Positions 8,929 through 19,455 of a DNA stretch of 64,000 nt are shown in pieces. The stretch is taken from assembly GCA_963745035.1 (NCBI GenBank), contig CAVUVW010000017.1, positions 32,001-96,000 of the forward strand, in the 5' to 3' direction. Under the pieces are notes generated by a model, which worked only from the letters and a program-made list of their open reading frames with translations, was not told the DNA's origin and searched no databases. Both the position numbers and the translations under genes were made by a program. The stretch is from an uncultured delta proteobacterium (lineage in GTDB: Bacteria; Desulfobacterota; Binatia; UBA9968). Positions within the stretch are counted from its first letter, which is position 1, and every line of letters begins with the position of its first letter.

Positions 8929-10767
8929 ATGGGACCCACAAGAGACACCCGCCAATTGACTTGGTTCCTGGCCTGGGCGGTAGTCTTCTGCGATATCGGC
9001 ACGTCGGTTTATTACGTTCCGGGCATTTTGTACGGCAGCGTCGGCGACAAGACGCCTTTTTTTATCTCGCTGACGACCCTGGGTTTTATTCCCCTGGCAC
9101 TTAAATACATCGAGATCACGTGGCGAAATCCCGAGGGTGGCGGTGTGGTCACGATGACGACCAAAGCCTTCGGTCCGATGTGGGGCTGCCTTGGCGGAAT
9201 GTTGATCACCACGAGCTATTTTCTGACAGCGGCCATCTCAACGGTGTCCGGATTTCATTACATCGCCAGCGTGCTCGGCTTTCTCGATGACCACATCGTG
9301 GTTTTGGCCTGCGCCGGGCTCATTGCTCTGGCGCTCTTGAATGTGATCGGCATCCGAGAAAGCGCCTCAGCGGCTCTGTTCATGGCATTGGCGGCGTTTG
9401 GGGTCGATCTCGTCGTGATCGTCATTTCGCTAGCGGATTTTTCTCCGGCGCAATGGCGTCTAGCTTGGGCAAGCCTGTCGCCGGGCCGCGATATCTCAGC
9501 GCAAGATTTGTTGATCGGCTTCGCCGCCGCATGGCTCGCATTCTCGGGACTCGAAAGCATCAGCCAATTGAGTCCGACCATTCGCCTGCCCCTGCGCAAG
9601 ACCACGAGATGGGCCATGTATGCTGTCATCGGCACCGTCGTGCTTACATCGCCCTTGCTGAGCCTCTTATCGATCAATCTGCTGACCCCTGATTTCAAAT
9701 CCAGCCAAAGCGAACGCTTCATTTCAGAAATCGCGTCGCTCTCCGGCGGCTTCGGCTTGAAGCTCGCCGCCGTGATCAGCGCTTCCTGTCTGCTTCTGTT
9801 CGCGGCGAACACTGCGATCATCGGCGCGTACCATATCTTTCTCGCTCTCGCCAACAGTAATTTTCTGCCCCGAGTGATCGGACTGCGAAGCGAACGGTTC
9901 AACAGCCCGCACATCGCGATCTTTATCGCCACCTTGGTTCCGGTCGCGGTCATCGTCGCCACCCAGGGAGAGATCGCCTTACTGGGGGAAATGTATGCTT
10001 TCGGCTTGCTCGGCGCGTTCCTGTTTTCGTCGCTCAGTTTGGATATCATTCGCTGGCGGCTGGGACGGCGTGATTTCGGCTTCTGGATCGGCGTCTTCAC
10101 GACCGCCATGATTTTGTTGGCATGGAGCGTCAATCTGGTCGCGAAGGAGCTGGCGACGCTGTTTGGCGGCGCCCTGACGATTATAGGAATGCTCGTCGCC
10201 GTCGGCGTGCGCCGGTCTTGGTTTGTCGACTTTCTCCATCAAATCCCGGCTATTCAGCGCTTACAGGCGCGCGCCTATCTCGCTTCCGAAGCGTTGGTCG
10301 ACGAAGAACTCAAAGGTCTGGTGACTCTTGCCGACGCGGTAGAGCTGAAAGCGCTTTATCCGGCCTCCTCGATCTTGGCACTCCGCGGTGAAAATCCTGC
10401 ACTGATTCAACAAGGAATCGATCTCGCGCGCGGCAAAGGCGAGTCGGCGCTTTATTGCATCTATGTCGAAGAATGGCCCGGGCTGTTCAACGGCAATACG
10501 CCGCACCGGCCCAACGAAGAAGGCATCCGCACGCTGCGCCATGCTGTGCAACAGGTTCGCGACAAGAACATTGAAGTCATACCCATCTGGACCGTATCGC
10601 ACAATGCCGCGACTGCCATCAGCGATGCAGCCAAAGCTCTCGACGTCGACGGTGTTCTGATTGGGCAGTCGAGGCGCTCAGCCTTCTATCACATGCTGCG
10701 CGGCCACGTCGTCAAAGGACTCACAAAGAAGCTGCCACGAGATTGCCATTTGATGATTTTTAACTGA
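8929..10767 (+). CDS. APC-superfamily (KUP/KimA-like) transporter with C-terminal USP domain, paralog 1
   Basis: VVFCDIGTSVYY, PEGGGV, FSGLESISQ, many TM segments; USP-like tail VLIGQSRRS...LRGHVVKGL. Confidence 0.85.
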   Translation: MGPTRDTRQLTWFLAWAVVFCDIGTSVYYVPGILYGSVGDKTPFFISLTTLGFIPLALKYIEITWRNPEGGGVVTMTTKAFGPMWGCLGGMLITTSYFLTAAISTVSGFHYIASVLGFLDDHIVVLACAGLIALALLNVIGIRESASAALFMALAAFGVDLVVIVISLADFSPAQWRLAWASLSPGRDISAQDLLIGFAAAWLAFSGLESISQLSPTIRLPLRKTTRWAMYAVIGTVVLTSPLLSLLSINLLTPDFKSSQSERFISEIASLSGGFGLKLAAVISASCLLLFAANTAIIGAYHIFLALANSNFLPRVIGLRSERFNSPHIAIFIATLVPVAVIVATQGEIALLGEMYAFGLLGAFLFSSLSLDIIRWRLGRRDFGFWIGVFTTAMILLAWSVNLVAKELATLFGGALTIIGMLVAVGVRRSWFVDFLHQIPAIQRLQARAYLASEALVDEELKGLVTLADAVELKALYPASSILALRGENPALIQQGIDLARGKGESALYCIYVEEWPGLFNGNTPHRPNEEGIRTLRHAVQQVRDKNIEVIPIWTVSHNAATAISDAAKALDVDGVLIGQSRRSAFYHMLRGHVVKGLTKKLPRDCHLMIFN

Positions 10768-10858
10768 GACGCTTTGTCGCCGTGCATCGGTTCAAAACCC
10801 GCGTGCGGGATTGATACCGGCCGACTTCAACTCTATATTGATCCGCTCTAAACCCTCG

Positions 10859-12698
10859 ATGCGGTCCCCTCTCCAAACAAGACAGCTTAACTGGTTCCTC
10901 GCCTGGGCCGTGGTCTTTTGTGACATCGGCACTTCCGTTTATTATGTGCCGGGCATTCTTTACAGCCACGTCAAAGATGCCACGCCGTTTTTCGTCTTGC
11001 TTACGACGGGCGGCTTCATCTTGCTTTCGCTCAAGTACATCGAGATCTCGTGGCGCAATCCGGAAGGCGGCGGCGTTGTCACGATCACCACAAAGGCTTT
11101 CGGTCCCATGTGGGGCTGCCTCGGCGGCATGCTCATCATCGTCGACTACTTTCTCACCACGGCGATTTCCGCGGTCGCAGGCTTTCAGTATATCGGCAGC
11201 GCTTTTCCCGCCGTCGACGCGCACGTCGTGCTTCTCGCCTGCGCCGGGGTGGGCGTGCTCGCGGCGTTGAACATAATCGGCATCCGCGAAAGCGCCACCG
11301 TGGCGCTCGTCATGGCGAGCGCGTCCTTTCTGGTGAATATTTTCGTTATTATCGTAGCTGTCTTTACTATGGACGGCGCGCAATGGAGCACGGTGTTAAG
11401 CAAACTGGGCACCGCTCAGGGCATCTCGAACTATGAGCTTCTGGTCGGTTTTTCCTCGGCGTGGCTGGCTTTTTCAGGGCTTGAAAGCATCAGCCAATTG
11501 AGTCCGAACCATGCGTTTTCCCCTGCGCCGAACGACGCGGCGCGCGATGCTCGCGGTGGTGCTGACGATGATCGTTACCTCGCCGGTCCTGACAGCGCTA
11601 TCGATCGGCCTGCTGCCGGAGCAGATCAAAGCCACGGAGAGCGAGCGCTTTATCTCCGAGCTCGGTATGATCGTCGGCGGCTTGAGCGCCAAGCTTGCCG
11701 TCGTCGTAACCGCGTCGAGCTTGCTCTTATTTGCGTCCAATACTGCAATCATCGGCTCCTATCATGTCTTTCTCGCGCTCGTGAACGGCGGATTTCTGCC
11801 TAAGATCATCTCGGTGCGCAATCCTACGTTCAACACCCCGCACATCGCGGTCGCCATCGCCACGGTCGTTCCCGTGGCGGTGGTTCTGTTCAGCGCCGGC
11901 GAGATGAAACTGCTCGGCGATATGTACGCCTTTGGCCTGTTGGGCGCGTTCGTATTCTCGTCATTGAGCTTGGATGCGATTCGCTGGCGGCTCGGCCGGC
12001 GCGACCCCGGCTTTTGGTTGGGGGTGTTTACGACTCTGATGGTCATGGTTGCCTGGGGCGTCAATCTAGTGGAAAAACCGCTTGCCACCTATTTCGGCGG
12101 CGGGGTGACACTCATCGGCCTAATGGTGGCTGTCGGCGTGCGCCGCGCATGGTTCGTCGATTTGCTCGTACAAATCCCGGTGATCCAGCGCCTGCAGGCG
12201 CGCGCCTATCGCGCCTCTGAGGACTTGGTCGAAGACGAGCTTAAAGGGTTGATGACCTTGGCGGAGGCCGTGGAAGTCAAGCCTCTCTACTCTTCGTCGA
12301 CCCTCCTGGCGCTGCGCGACGAGGCGCCGCGGCTTATCCAGGAAGGCATCACCCGGGCCAAGGGTCGCGGGGAATCGGCCCTTTATTGTATTTACGTCGA
12401 GGAGTGGCCTGGTTTATTTGCCGGCGAGACGCCGCACGTGCCCAACGAACAGGGACTGAAAACTTTGCGCGCCGCGCTTCAGGCGGTGCGCGATAAGAAC
12501 ATCGAGATCATCCCGATATGGGCGGTCTCGCACAATGCCGCCGAAGCCATCGCCAACGCCGCCAAGACGCTCGACGTCGACTCGGTCATCATCGGCGCCT
12601 CGCGCCGCTCCGCCTTCTATCACATGCTGCGCGGCCACGTCGTCAAAGGTCTGATGAAAAAGCTGCCGCGCACCTGCCATCTCATGATCAGCAATTGA
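10859..12698 (+). CDS. APC-superfamily (KUP/KimA-like) transporter with USP domain, paralog 2; extra base near 11507
   Basis: Colinear with paralog 1; CCGAACC versus CCGACC in paralog 1 explains the frame break. Confidence 0.85.
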
Positions 12699-12785
12699 AT
12701 CCACCTCCGTGGAAAACCGAGGTGAATTCATCCTGAGCGTCGGCGAGGGATCTTTCCTTTTCTAAACTCAAATAGCAGGCCAATT

Positions 12786-13487
12786 TCATACCGCCGCCTG
12801 TTTGCTCGCTTTGGCGGATTGCTCGATGAGTTCGTGCGCTTCATCGATGCCGAGGAAGCGGTCGATCACCGCATGGGCGGCGTACAGCAGAGGCGTGATG
12901 CTCAACGCGACGATCAGCTTGAAGGAATAGTTCGATGCCGCCACCGTCAAAAACTCCGATGTCTGCACCTTGCCTGGCAGCCAGAATGCGATACCGATAA
13001 TGACGATACTGTCGATAAACTGGGAGATCACAGTGGAGCCGGTGGCGCGCATCCATAGATAGCTACGGCCCGTCCTTTGCCGCACCAGCCAAAAAATGCC
13101 GACGTCGATCAATTGGCTTACGCCGAAGGCGATCACGCTACCGACGATGATCCACAGTGATTGGCCGAATACCGCTTGAAAATGCGCGTCGCTCACCGGC
13201 GAGAAAGATGCCGCCGGCACTTGGATGGCGAGAAACAGCACGACGAAGGCGTAGACGATGAGCCCGATGGTCATCAAGGTAAGCCGGCGGACTCCTTCGC
13301 GGCCGAAATACTCGTTGATCAAATCCGTGGCGATGAACACCACGGGCCAGGGAATCACGCCGATGCTCAACGTGAATGGACCGAGGGTGAAGAGCTTGCC
13401 GCCGGTCAGCTCGCCGAGGATCGCGTTGGTGACGAAGAATCCCGCCAGCGCCAGGTACACGATGTCTCTTCGAGTTTGTATGCCCAT
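12786..13487 (-). CDS. yhhQ: Queuosine precursor transporter (YhhQ/QPTR)
   Basis: PVVFIATDLINEYFG, LWMRATGSTVISQFIDS; same strand as queA/tgt. Confidence 0.9.
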   Translation of the reverse strand: MGIQTRRDIVYLALAGFFVTNAILGELTGGKLFTLGPFTLSIGVIPWPVVFIATDLINEYFGREGVRRLTLMTIGLIVYAFVVLFLAIQVPAASFSPVSDAHFQAVFGQSLWIIVGSVIAFGVSQLIDVGIFWLVRQRTGRSYLWMRATGSTVISQFIDSIVIIGIAFWLPGKVQTSEFLTVAASNYSFKLIVALSITPLLYAAHAVIDRFLGIDEAHELIEQSAKASKQAAV

Positions 13488-13574
13488 GCCTACTCCCGCG
13501 CCTTGAAGTTCTTTTCCCGCCGCGGGGTGTTTAACCCCGTAAGTAGTGCGCCGCAGTTCCTGGTCAATGGCGAA

Positions 13575-15309
13575 TCATACGCTGCCCGCCGGCCGCATAT
13601 CGGCGATCCTGAGCTCCACGCTGCTGGCGCCGTTCCACTCGTTTTCACTCAAGCGGTATGCGACATCGACGGCCTCGCCGGGCTTGCCCGGAAAGTCGTC
13701 GCCGACGCCGAAGACGACGCCGCCGAGGACACGGCCGGCTTGGCGCAGCCGGTAGCGCACGCCGGCGGAGAAGACCCGCCGCTCGCAGATCTCCACCCCA
13801 ACGGTGGCGAAGAGCGGCTCCGGATTGCCGACGCCGAAGGGTTTGAGAACGTCCAGCTCGCGCGCCAGCGGAAAGCCGATTTCGGAGAAATTCAAAGGCG
13901 CGTCCATCTCGAGCAGCGGCAGCAAGTCCTGGTCGCAAAGCGTTTGCCGACAGCACGCTTCGAAAGCTGCGGCGAACGAGTCGATCTTATCCGCCGCCAC
14001 CGTGAGACCGCCGGCGTACTCGTGGCCGCCGAATTTTTCCAGACAACCGGCGCAGCGCCGAAATCCCTCGACCATGTGAAAGCCGCGGATGCTGCGCGCC
14101 GACCCCTTGCCGATTGCGCCGCTCAGAGCGATGACCACCGTCGGGCGATAGTATTTTTCGACGATGCGCGAGGCGACAATGCCGAGCACGCCCGGGATGC
14201 CATCCTTCCGCCGCCAAAACCAGCGAATGACGAGCGCCGCGCTCCAGGGCACGCGCCGCCTGGGCCATCGCTTCTTCGAGCACGGCGGCCTCGATGGCGC
14301 GGCGCTCGGTGTTATGGGCGTCGAGCTCCCGGGCGATCTTCAAGGCGATCTCGTGAGATGGCGTGGTCAGCAGCTCGACGACTTTGATACCGTAATCGAC
14401 CCGCCCCGCGGCGTTGATGCGCGGCCCCAGACGAAAGCCGACCTGCCCGGCGCTGACCTCGCCGTCGGGAATGCTCGCTACCTGCTTGAGGGCCACCACT
14501 CCCGGACGGACCGAGACGCTCAACTCGGCCAAGCCACGGCGAATCAAAGTGCGATTGACGCCCTGGAGCGGCACCATGTCGGCGATAGTGCCGAGGGTCA
14601 CGATGTCCAGGTAGCGCCGAATATCGGGCTCTTTGCCGGCGGAAAACCAGCCATCCGCGCGCAAGCGCGCGCGCACGCCGATCACCAGATAAAACGCCAA
14701 GCCGGCGGCGCAGAGCCCTTTATCGGGAAAGGCGCAATCGCTCCGATGTGGATTGATCACTGCGTGCGCCCGCGGCAGCTCCGCCGGCGGCTGATGATGA
14801 TCGACGACGACAAAGGACAGACCCATGCGCGCCGCGGTCTGGATTTCCGACGCGTTGGAGATGCCGCAATCCACGGTGATGACGAGGTCGACGCCGCGCT
14901 CCCGCAATCGGCGCAATCCCTCGACGTTGAGGCCGTAGCCCTCTTCGATCCGGTGCGGCACGTAATAGATCGGCTCGGCGCCGATCTCGCGAAGAAAAGA
15001 GACCAGGACCGCGGCGCCGGTCGTGCCGTCGACGTCGTAGTCGCCCCAGATGGCGATCTGCTCTTTGTTCCTGACGGCGGCGACAATGCGCTCCACCGCC
15101 GGCTCCATATCGGCCATGGCGAACGGCGACGGCAAATCGCTGCGCAGACTCGACGACAGGTAGCGCCGCGCTGCTTCTTCCTCGGCGCAGCCGCGAAGAA
15201 CCAGGATACGCGCCAGGAGCGGCGAAATATCGAGCGCGGCAGATTGTCGCGCGACGAGGCGCGGATCGACTTCTTTCACGGTCCAGCGCTTGGATAAAGG
15301 ACTCTGCAT
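13575..15309 (-). CDS. recJ: ssDNA exonuclease RecJ; frameshift near 14192
   Basis: GDYDVDG, TVDCG, DHH, GTIADMVPL, PRINAAGR, GSARS, FGGH. Confidence 0.95.
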
Positions 15310-15381
15310 TGGTTCTCGGGAGGACAATCAAAAAGCGCGGCCGAAGCTTAGGTACGGCATCTCTTCAACGCCGTCCGCCGG

Positions 15382-16314
15382 TTATTTTCTTCTTCCCACG
15401 GCCCTGTTTTCCCACAGGAGAATCACCGGACTGGCGATAAAGATCGTCGAGTAAACGCCGGAGACAAATCCCACCAGCAGCGCAAAGGCGAACGGCTTGA
15501 TCACTTCGCCGCCCAAGAAATACAGCGACGCCAGCACCATCAAAGCGGTGCTGGTGGTCAAAATCGTCCGGCTTAAAGTCTCGTTGATGCTGGTATTGAT
15601 GATGCTTTCGAGGCTTTCGCGCTTGATCTTTCGGAGGTTCTCGCGGATGCGGTCGCAGATCACCACGGTATCGTTGACGGAAAAGCCGACGATGGTGAGC
15701 AGCGCAGCGATGACCGTGAGATCGAACTCATAGTTGGCGAGCATCAGCGCGCCGACCGTGATCAGCACGTCGTGGATCAAGGCGATCACGGCGCCGGTGC
15801 CGAAAAGAAGGCCGAATCTCGCTCCGAAAGCCGCGCCGAAGCGAATCCAGATATAGATGCCCATCATGACAGTCGCGACGATAACCGACATGGTGCCGCG
15901 AAAGCGCAGATCCTCGCCGATCTTCGGTCCCACGGACTCGATTCGGCGGACCTCGAATCGCTCCGCGCCGAACTGATCCGCGAGACTTTTCTTTACCTGG
16001 TCGCCGAGCGCGCCGAGCTCGGCGGGGCTTTTGTCCAAACGAAGCAGAAATTCATGGGCGCCCGGTTCGCCGAAATCCTGCACCACGCCGGAGCCGAGAC
16101 CGACTTTCTCCAGAGCTTGGCGGATCTCGGAAATCGTCACTCTCTGGTGAAATTTGAGATGAATCATCGTGCCGCCGGCGAAATCGACGCCGAGATTGGG
16201 CCCGATGAGAAATAATCCGAGCAACACCACCAGATTGACGACCGTGGAGAACAGGAACGCGAGCTTGCGGTAGCGCGTAAATGGAATCTTTGTGCCCGGC
16301 TTGACCAGTTCCAT
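15382..16314 (-). CDS. secF: Protein translocase subunit SecF
   Basis: GVDFAGG, HDV, GFSVNDTVVICDRIRE. Confidence 0.95.
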   Translation of the reverse strand: MELVKPGTKIPFTRYRKLAFLFSTVVNLVVLLGLFLIGPNLGVDFAGGTMIHLKFHQRVTISEIRQALEKVGLGSGVVQDFGEPGAHEFLLRLDKSPAELGALGDQVKKSLADQFGAERFEVRRIESVGPKIGEDLRFRGTMSVIVATVMMGIYIWIRFGAAFGARFGLLFGTGAVIALIHDVLITVGALMLANYEFDLTVIAALLTIVGFSVNDTVVICDRIRENLRKIKRESLESIINTSINETLSRTILTTSTALMVLASLYFLGGEVIKPFAFALLVGFVSGVYSTIFIASPVILLWENRAVGRRK

Positions 16315-16324
16315 GGATCTCCTC

Positions 16325-17923
16325 TCAGATGCTGACGCTGTCAAGTTTCCGGGACGAGATTCGATAATCGTAGTAAATGCGCGTGAGATAAACCGCCGTG
16401 ACAACGGTGGTCAAGATGCCGACGCAAAGCGTTACGGCGAATCCCTTGATCGGGCCGGTGCCGAACTGAAAAAGAATAACGCCGGAAAGAAAGGTCGTGA
16501 CATTGGAATCGAGAATCGCCGGCAGGGCGTTTTTGTAGCCGGCTTCGATGGCCGAGCGCGCCGCTCTCCCCGCCCTCAGCTCTTCACGGATGCGCTCGTT
16601 GATCAAGACGTTGGCGTCGACGGCCATGCCGACCGTGAGCACGATGCCGGCGATGCCCGGCAGGGTCAAAACGGCTTGAAAGCCGGCGAGAATCGCCGCC
16701 ATGAAAAAAACATTGAAAACCACCGCGGTCACCGCCACCACGCCGGCGCCCTTGTAATAGGCGATCATGAAAATTACCACCAGCGCGCCGCCGACGATGA
16801 AGGAGGTAATTCCCTGTTGAATCGAATCCTGGCCCAGCGAAGGACCGACGGTGCGCTCTTCGGCGATTTCCACCGGCGCCGGCAAAGCGCCGGCGCGCAG
16901 CACGATCGCCAGATCGCGCGCTTCTTTGAGATCGAAGTTACCGGTGATCGACGCGCGGCCGCCGCCGATGCGCTCCTGAATCACCGGCGCGGAATAGACG
17001 CGGTTGTCGAGCACGATGGCGAGCCGCCGCTTGACGTTGGCCGCCGTGATCTGCTCGAACACGCGCGCTCCGGCGGGGTTGAGGATGAGCTCGACGGAAG
17101 CGCCTTGGAGCTGTTCGGCCGGCCGCACGCGGGCGTCTTGGATGTATTCACCGGTCATCAGCGCGCGCGCCTCCAGCACGTAGGCTTCCCGTTCCGCGCC
17201 GGCGCCTTCGCGGCTTGCTCCCTGGCCGTAAAGCACCTGACGGCCCGGCGGCGGGCCGCTTTTGATCGCTTCCTCGACGCTGGCGTTGTCGTCGACCAGC
17301 TTGAATTCCAAGAGCGCCGTCTTGCCGATAAGGTCCTTGGCCCGCTGCGGATCTTGAATGCCGGGAAGCTGGATCAGAATATTGGTCTCCCCGTGGCGCT
17401 GAATGATCGGCTCGCTCACGCCGAATTGATCGATCCGGTTGCGGATCGTTTCCAGCGATTGATCCACCGCGTAGTCGCGCAGCGAGCGCAGCTCTTCCTT
17501 GCCGAGGGTGAGGTAGAATTCCGCGCCCGCGCCGGCGCTCTGCGAGCTCTTCGCTTCGATCAGATTGCCGAAATCGCTTTTGAGAATGCCGCGCAGCCGC
17601 TCGGCGCTCGCCGCCGCCGCCTTGACTTGCAATTGGATGCCCGAGCGCTCGACCGATACGCCGGAGACGCCCTTTTCGCGCAGGACCTTGATCAGATCGG
17701 CGCGTATGCGCTCGACGTTGTTCTCGAGCGCCTTATCGACCTTTACTTCGAGAACCAAATGGGTGCCGCCTTGCAGATCCAGCCCGAGGTTGATCTGGTT
17801 GGTCGGCAGAACCGCGCTCCACCAGCCGGGCAAGGCGCCGCCAAAGCTCGGAATCAAATAGATCAGCGCCGCCAGCGCCACAATCGCAAAGCCGATGAGC
17901 CGCGCCCGAACGTTCTGCCGCAT
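16325..17923 (-). CDS. secD: Protein translocase subunit SecD
   Basis: LGLDLQGG, RIDQFGVSEP, GMAVDANVLINERIREE. Confidence 0.97.
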   Translation of the reverse strand: MRQNVRARLIGFAIVALAALIYLIPSFGGALPGWWSAVLPTNQINLGLDLQGGTHLVLEVKVDKALENNVERIRADLIKVLREKGVSGVSVERSGIQLQVKAAAASAERLRGILKSDFGNLIEAKSSQSAGAGAEFYLTLGKEELRSLRDYAVDQSLETIRNRIDQFGVSEPIIQRHGETNILIQLPGIQDPQRAKDLIGKTALLEFKLVDDNASVEEAIKSGPPPGRQVLYGQGASREGAGAEREAYVLEARALMTGEYIQDARVRPAEQLQGASVELILNPAGARVFEQITAANVKRRLAIVLDNRVYSAPVIQERIGGGRASITGNFDLKEARDLAIVLRAGALPAPVEIAEERTVGPSLGQDSIQQGITSFIVGGALVVIFMIAYYKGAGVVAVTAVVFNVFFMAAILAGFQAVLTLPGIAGIVLTVGMAVDANVLINERIREELRAGRAARSAIEAGYKNALPAILDSNVTTFLSGVILFQFGTGPIKGFAVTLCVGILTTVVTAVYLTRIYYDYRISSRKLDSVSI

Positions 17924-17927
17924 TCCT

Positions 17928-18260
17928 TTACTCCTTTCCTTCCTTCGCCGCCTTCTCACCGGTGAGTACGGCGGCGATCTGCGGACGGTGCACGCGGATT
18001 CTCACGTTGGGCGCCACTTCCAGGGTCACCACTGTTTCTTTCAAGTCGATCACCTTACCGTAAATCCCTCCCGAGGTCATCACTTCATCGTTGCGTTTGA
18101 GCTTGGCGAGCATGTCTTGATGGTCCCGCGCTTTTTTTTGCTGCGGGCGAATGACCATGAAGTACATGATGACGAAAATAAGAATGAACGGAAGAATCGT
18201 CACGATCGGTCCCGGACCGCCTGCTCCCGGCGCGGCCTGCGCATAGGCAAAATCCAACAT
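17928..18260 (-). CDS. yajC: Preprotein translocase subunit YajC
   Basis: YFMVIRPQQK, DEVMTSGGIYG; between tgt and secD. Confidence 0.95.
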   Translation of the reverse strand: MLDFAYAQAAPGAGGPGPIVTILPFILIFVIMYFMVIRPQQKKARDHQDMLAKLKRNDEVMTSGGIYGKVIDLKETVVTLEVAPNVRIRVHRPQIAAVLTGEKAAKEGKE

Positions 18261-18281
18261 GGTTCCTCCTGAATGTGCGAC

Positions 18282-19389
18282 TCACGAGCGGCCCGCGCCG
18301 AGAATCTGCTCCCAATCTTCGGCTTTGCCGGTACGAATCGCTTCCCGACACTTATCCATGAGCCGGTGATAAAAGTAAAGGTTGTGCAGGCTGTTGAGCT
18401 GCGCGGAGAGAATCTCGCCGGCCATGTAGAGATGGCGCAGATACGCGCGCGAAAAGTTGGCGCAGCAATAACATCCGCAAGCTTCGTCCAGCGGGCGCGG
18501 ATCGTCGGCAAACTCGGCGCGCTTGATGTTGAGCTTGCCTTTCGAAGTGTAGAGCGTGCCGTTGCGCGCGTTGCGCGTCGGGATGACGCAATCGAACATG
18601 TCGAAGCCCGCGCGCACGGCATGGACGATATCTTCCGGCCGCCCCACCCCCATCAGATAACGCGGTTTATCGGCGGGCAGCAGAGCGGCGGTGAAGCCGG
18701 CAATCGCGTGCAGCTGAGCTTCCCCTTCGCCGACGCCGAGCCCGCCGACGGCGAAGCCGTCGAACTGAAGATCCGCCATCTGCTCGACGCAACGGCGGCG
18801 CAAATCCTCGAACAAGCCGCCTTGAATGATGCCGAACAGCATTTGATCGGCTTTGCCGCGCGCGCCGACACAGCGCTTGGCCCAACGGACGGTGCGCTCG
18901 GTCGAGGCGTGAACGTAGTCACGCGCCGCGTCGGCGGGAATGCACTCGTCGAGCGCCATCGCGATATCGCTGCCGAGCGCTTCCTGGATCTCGATCGCCT
19001 TTTCCGGCGTGAGCAAATGCGCCGTTCCGTCGAGATGGGACTGGAAAAGCGCGCCGTCTTCGGAGATTTTCCGCATGGCGCCCAAGCTGAACACCTGATA
19101 ACCGCCGCTGTCGGTCAAGATCGGCCCGTTCCAGCCCATGAAACCATGCAGCCCGCCGAGCGCCCGGATCGGTCTCGTGGCCCGGCCGCAGATACAGATG
19201 ATACGTGTTGCCGAGCAGAATCTGGCAGCCCATTTCTTTTAAATCGCGCGGCAGCATCGCTTTCACGGCAGCCTGCGTTCCGACCGGCATAAAGCAAGGC
19301 GTCTCGACAGCGCCGTGCGCCGTAACCAGCCGCCCGAGGCGCGCTCTGGTCGCGTCGTCTCTTTTGAGAATGGTGAAACGATCACTCAT
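18282..19389 (-). CDS. tgt: tRNA-guanine transglycosylase; frameshift near 19171
   Basis: [37 protein letters not shown] zinc site. Confidence 0.97.
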
Positions 19390-19455
19390 GAAAAGAATGG
19401 AAAGATTTGAGAAGAATCCGAACCCGTTGCCTGTTGTCTAATGCCTGTTGCCTTC

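Noticed and set aside
12727-12753. REP-like TCATCCTGAGCG...GAGGGATCT
   Set aside because: Single degenerate copy in the window, so a repeat cannot be supported.
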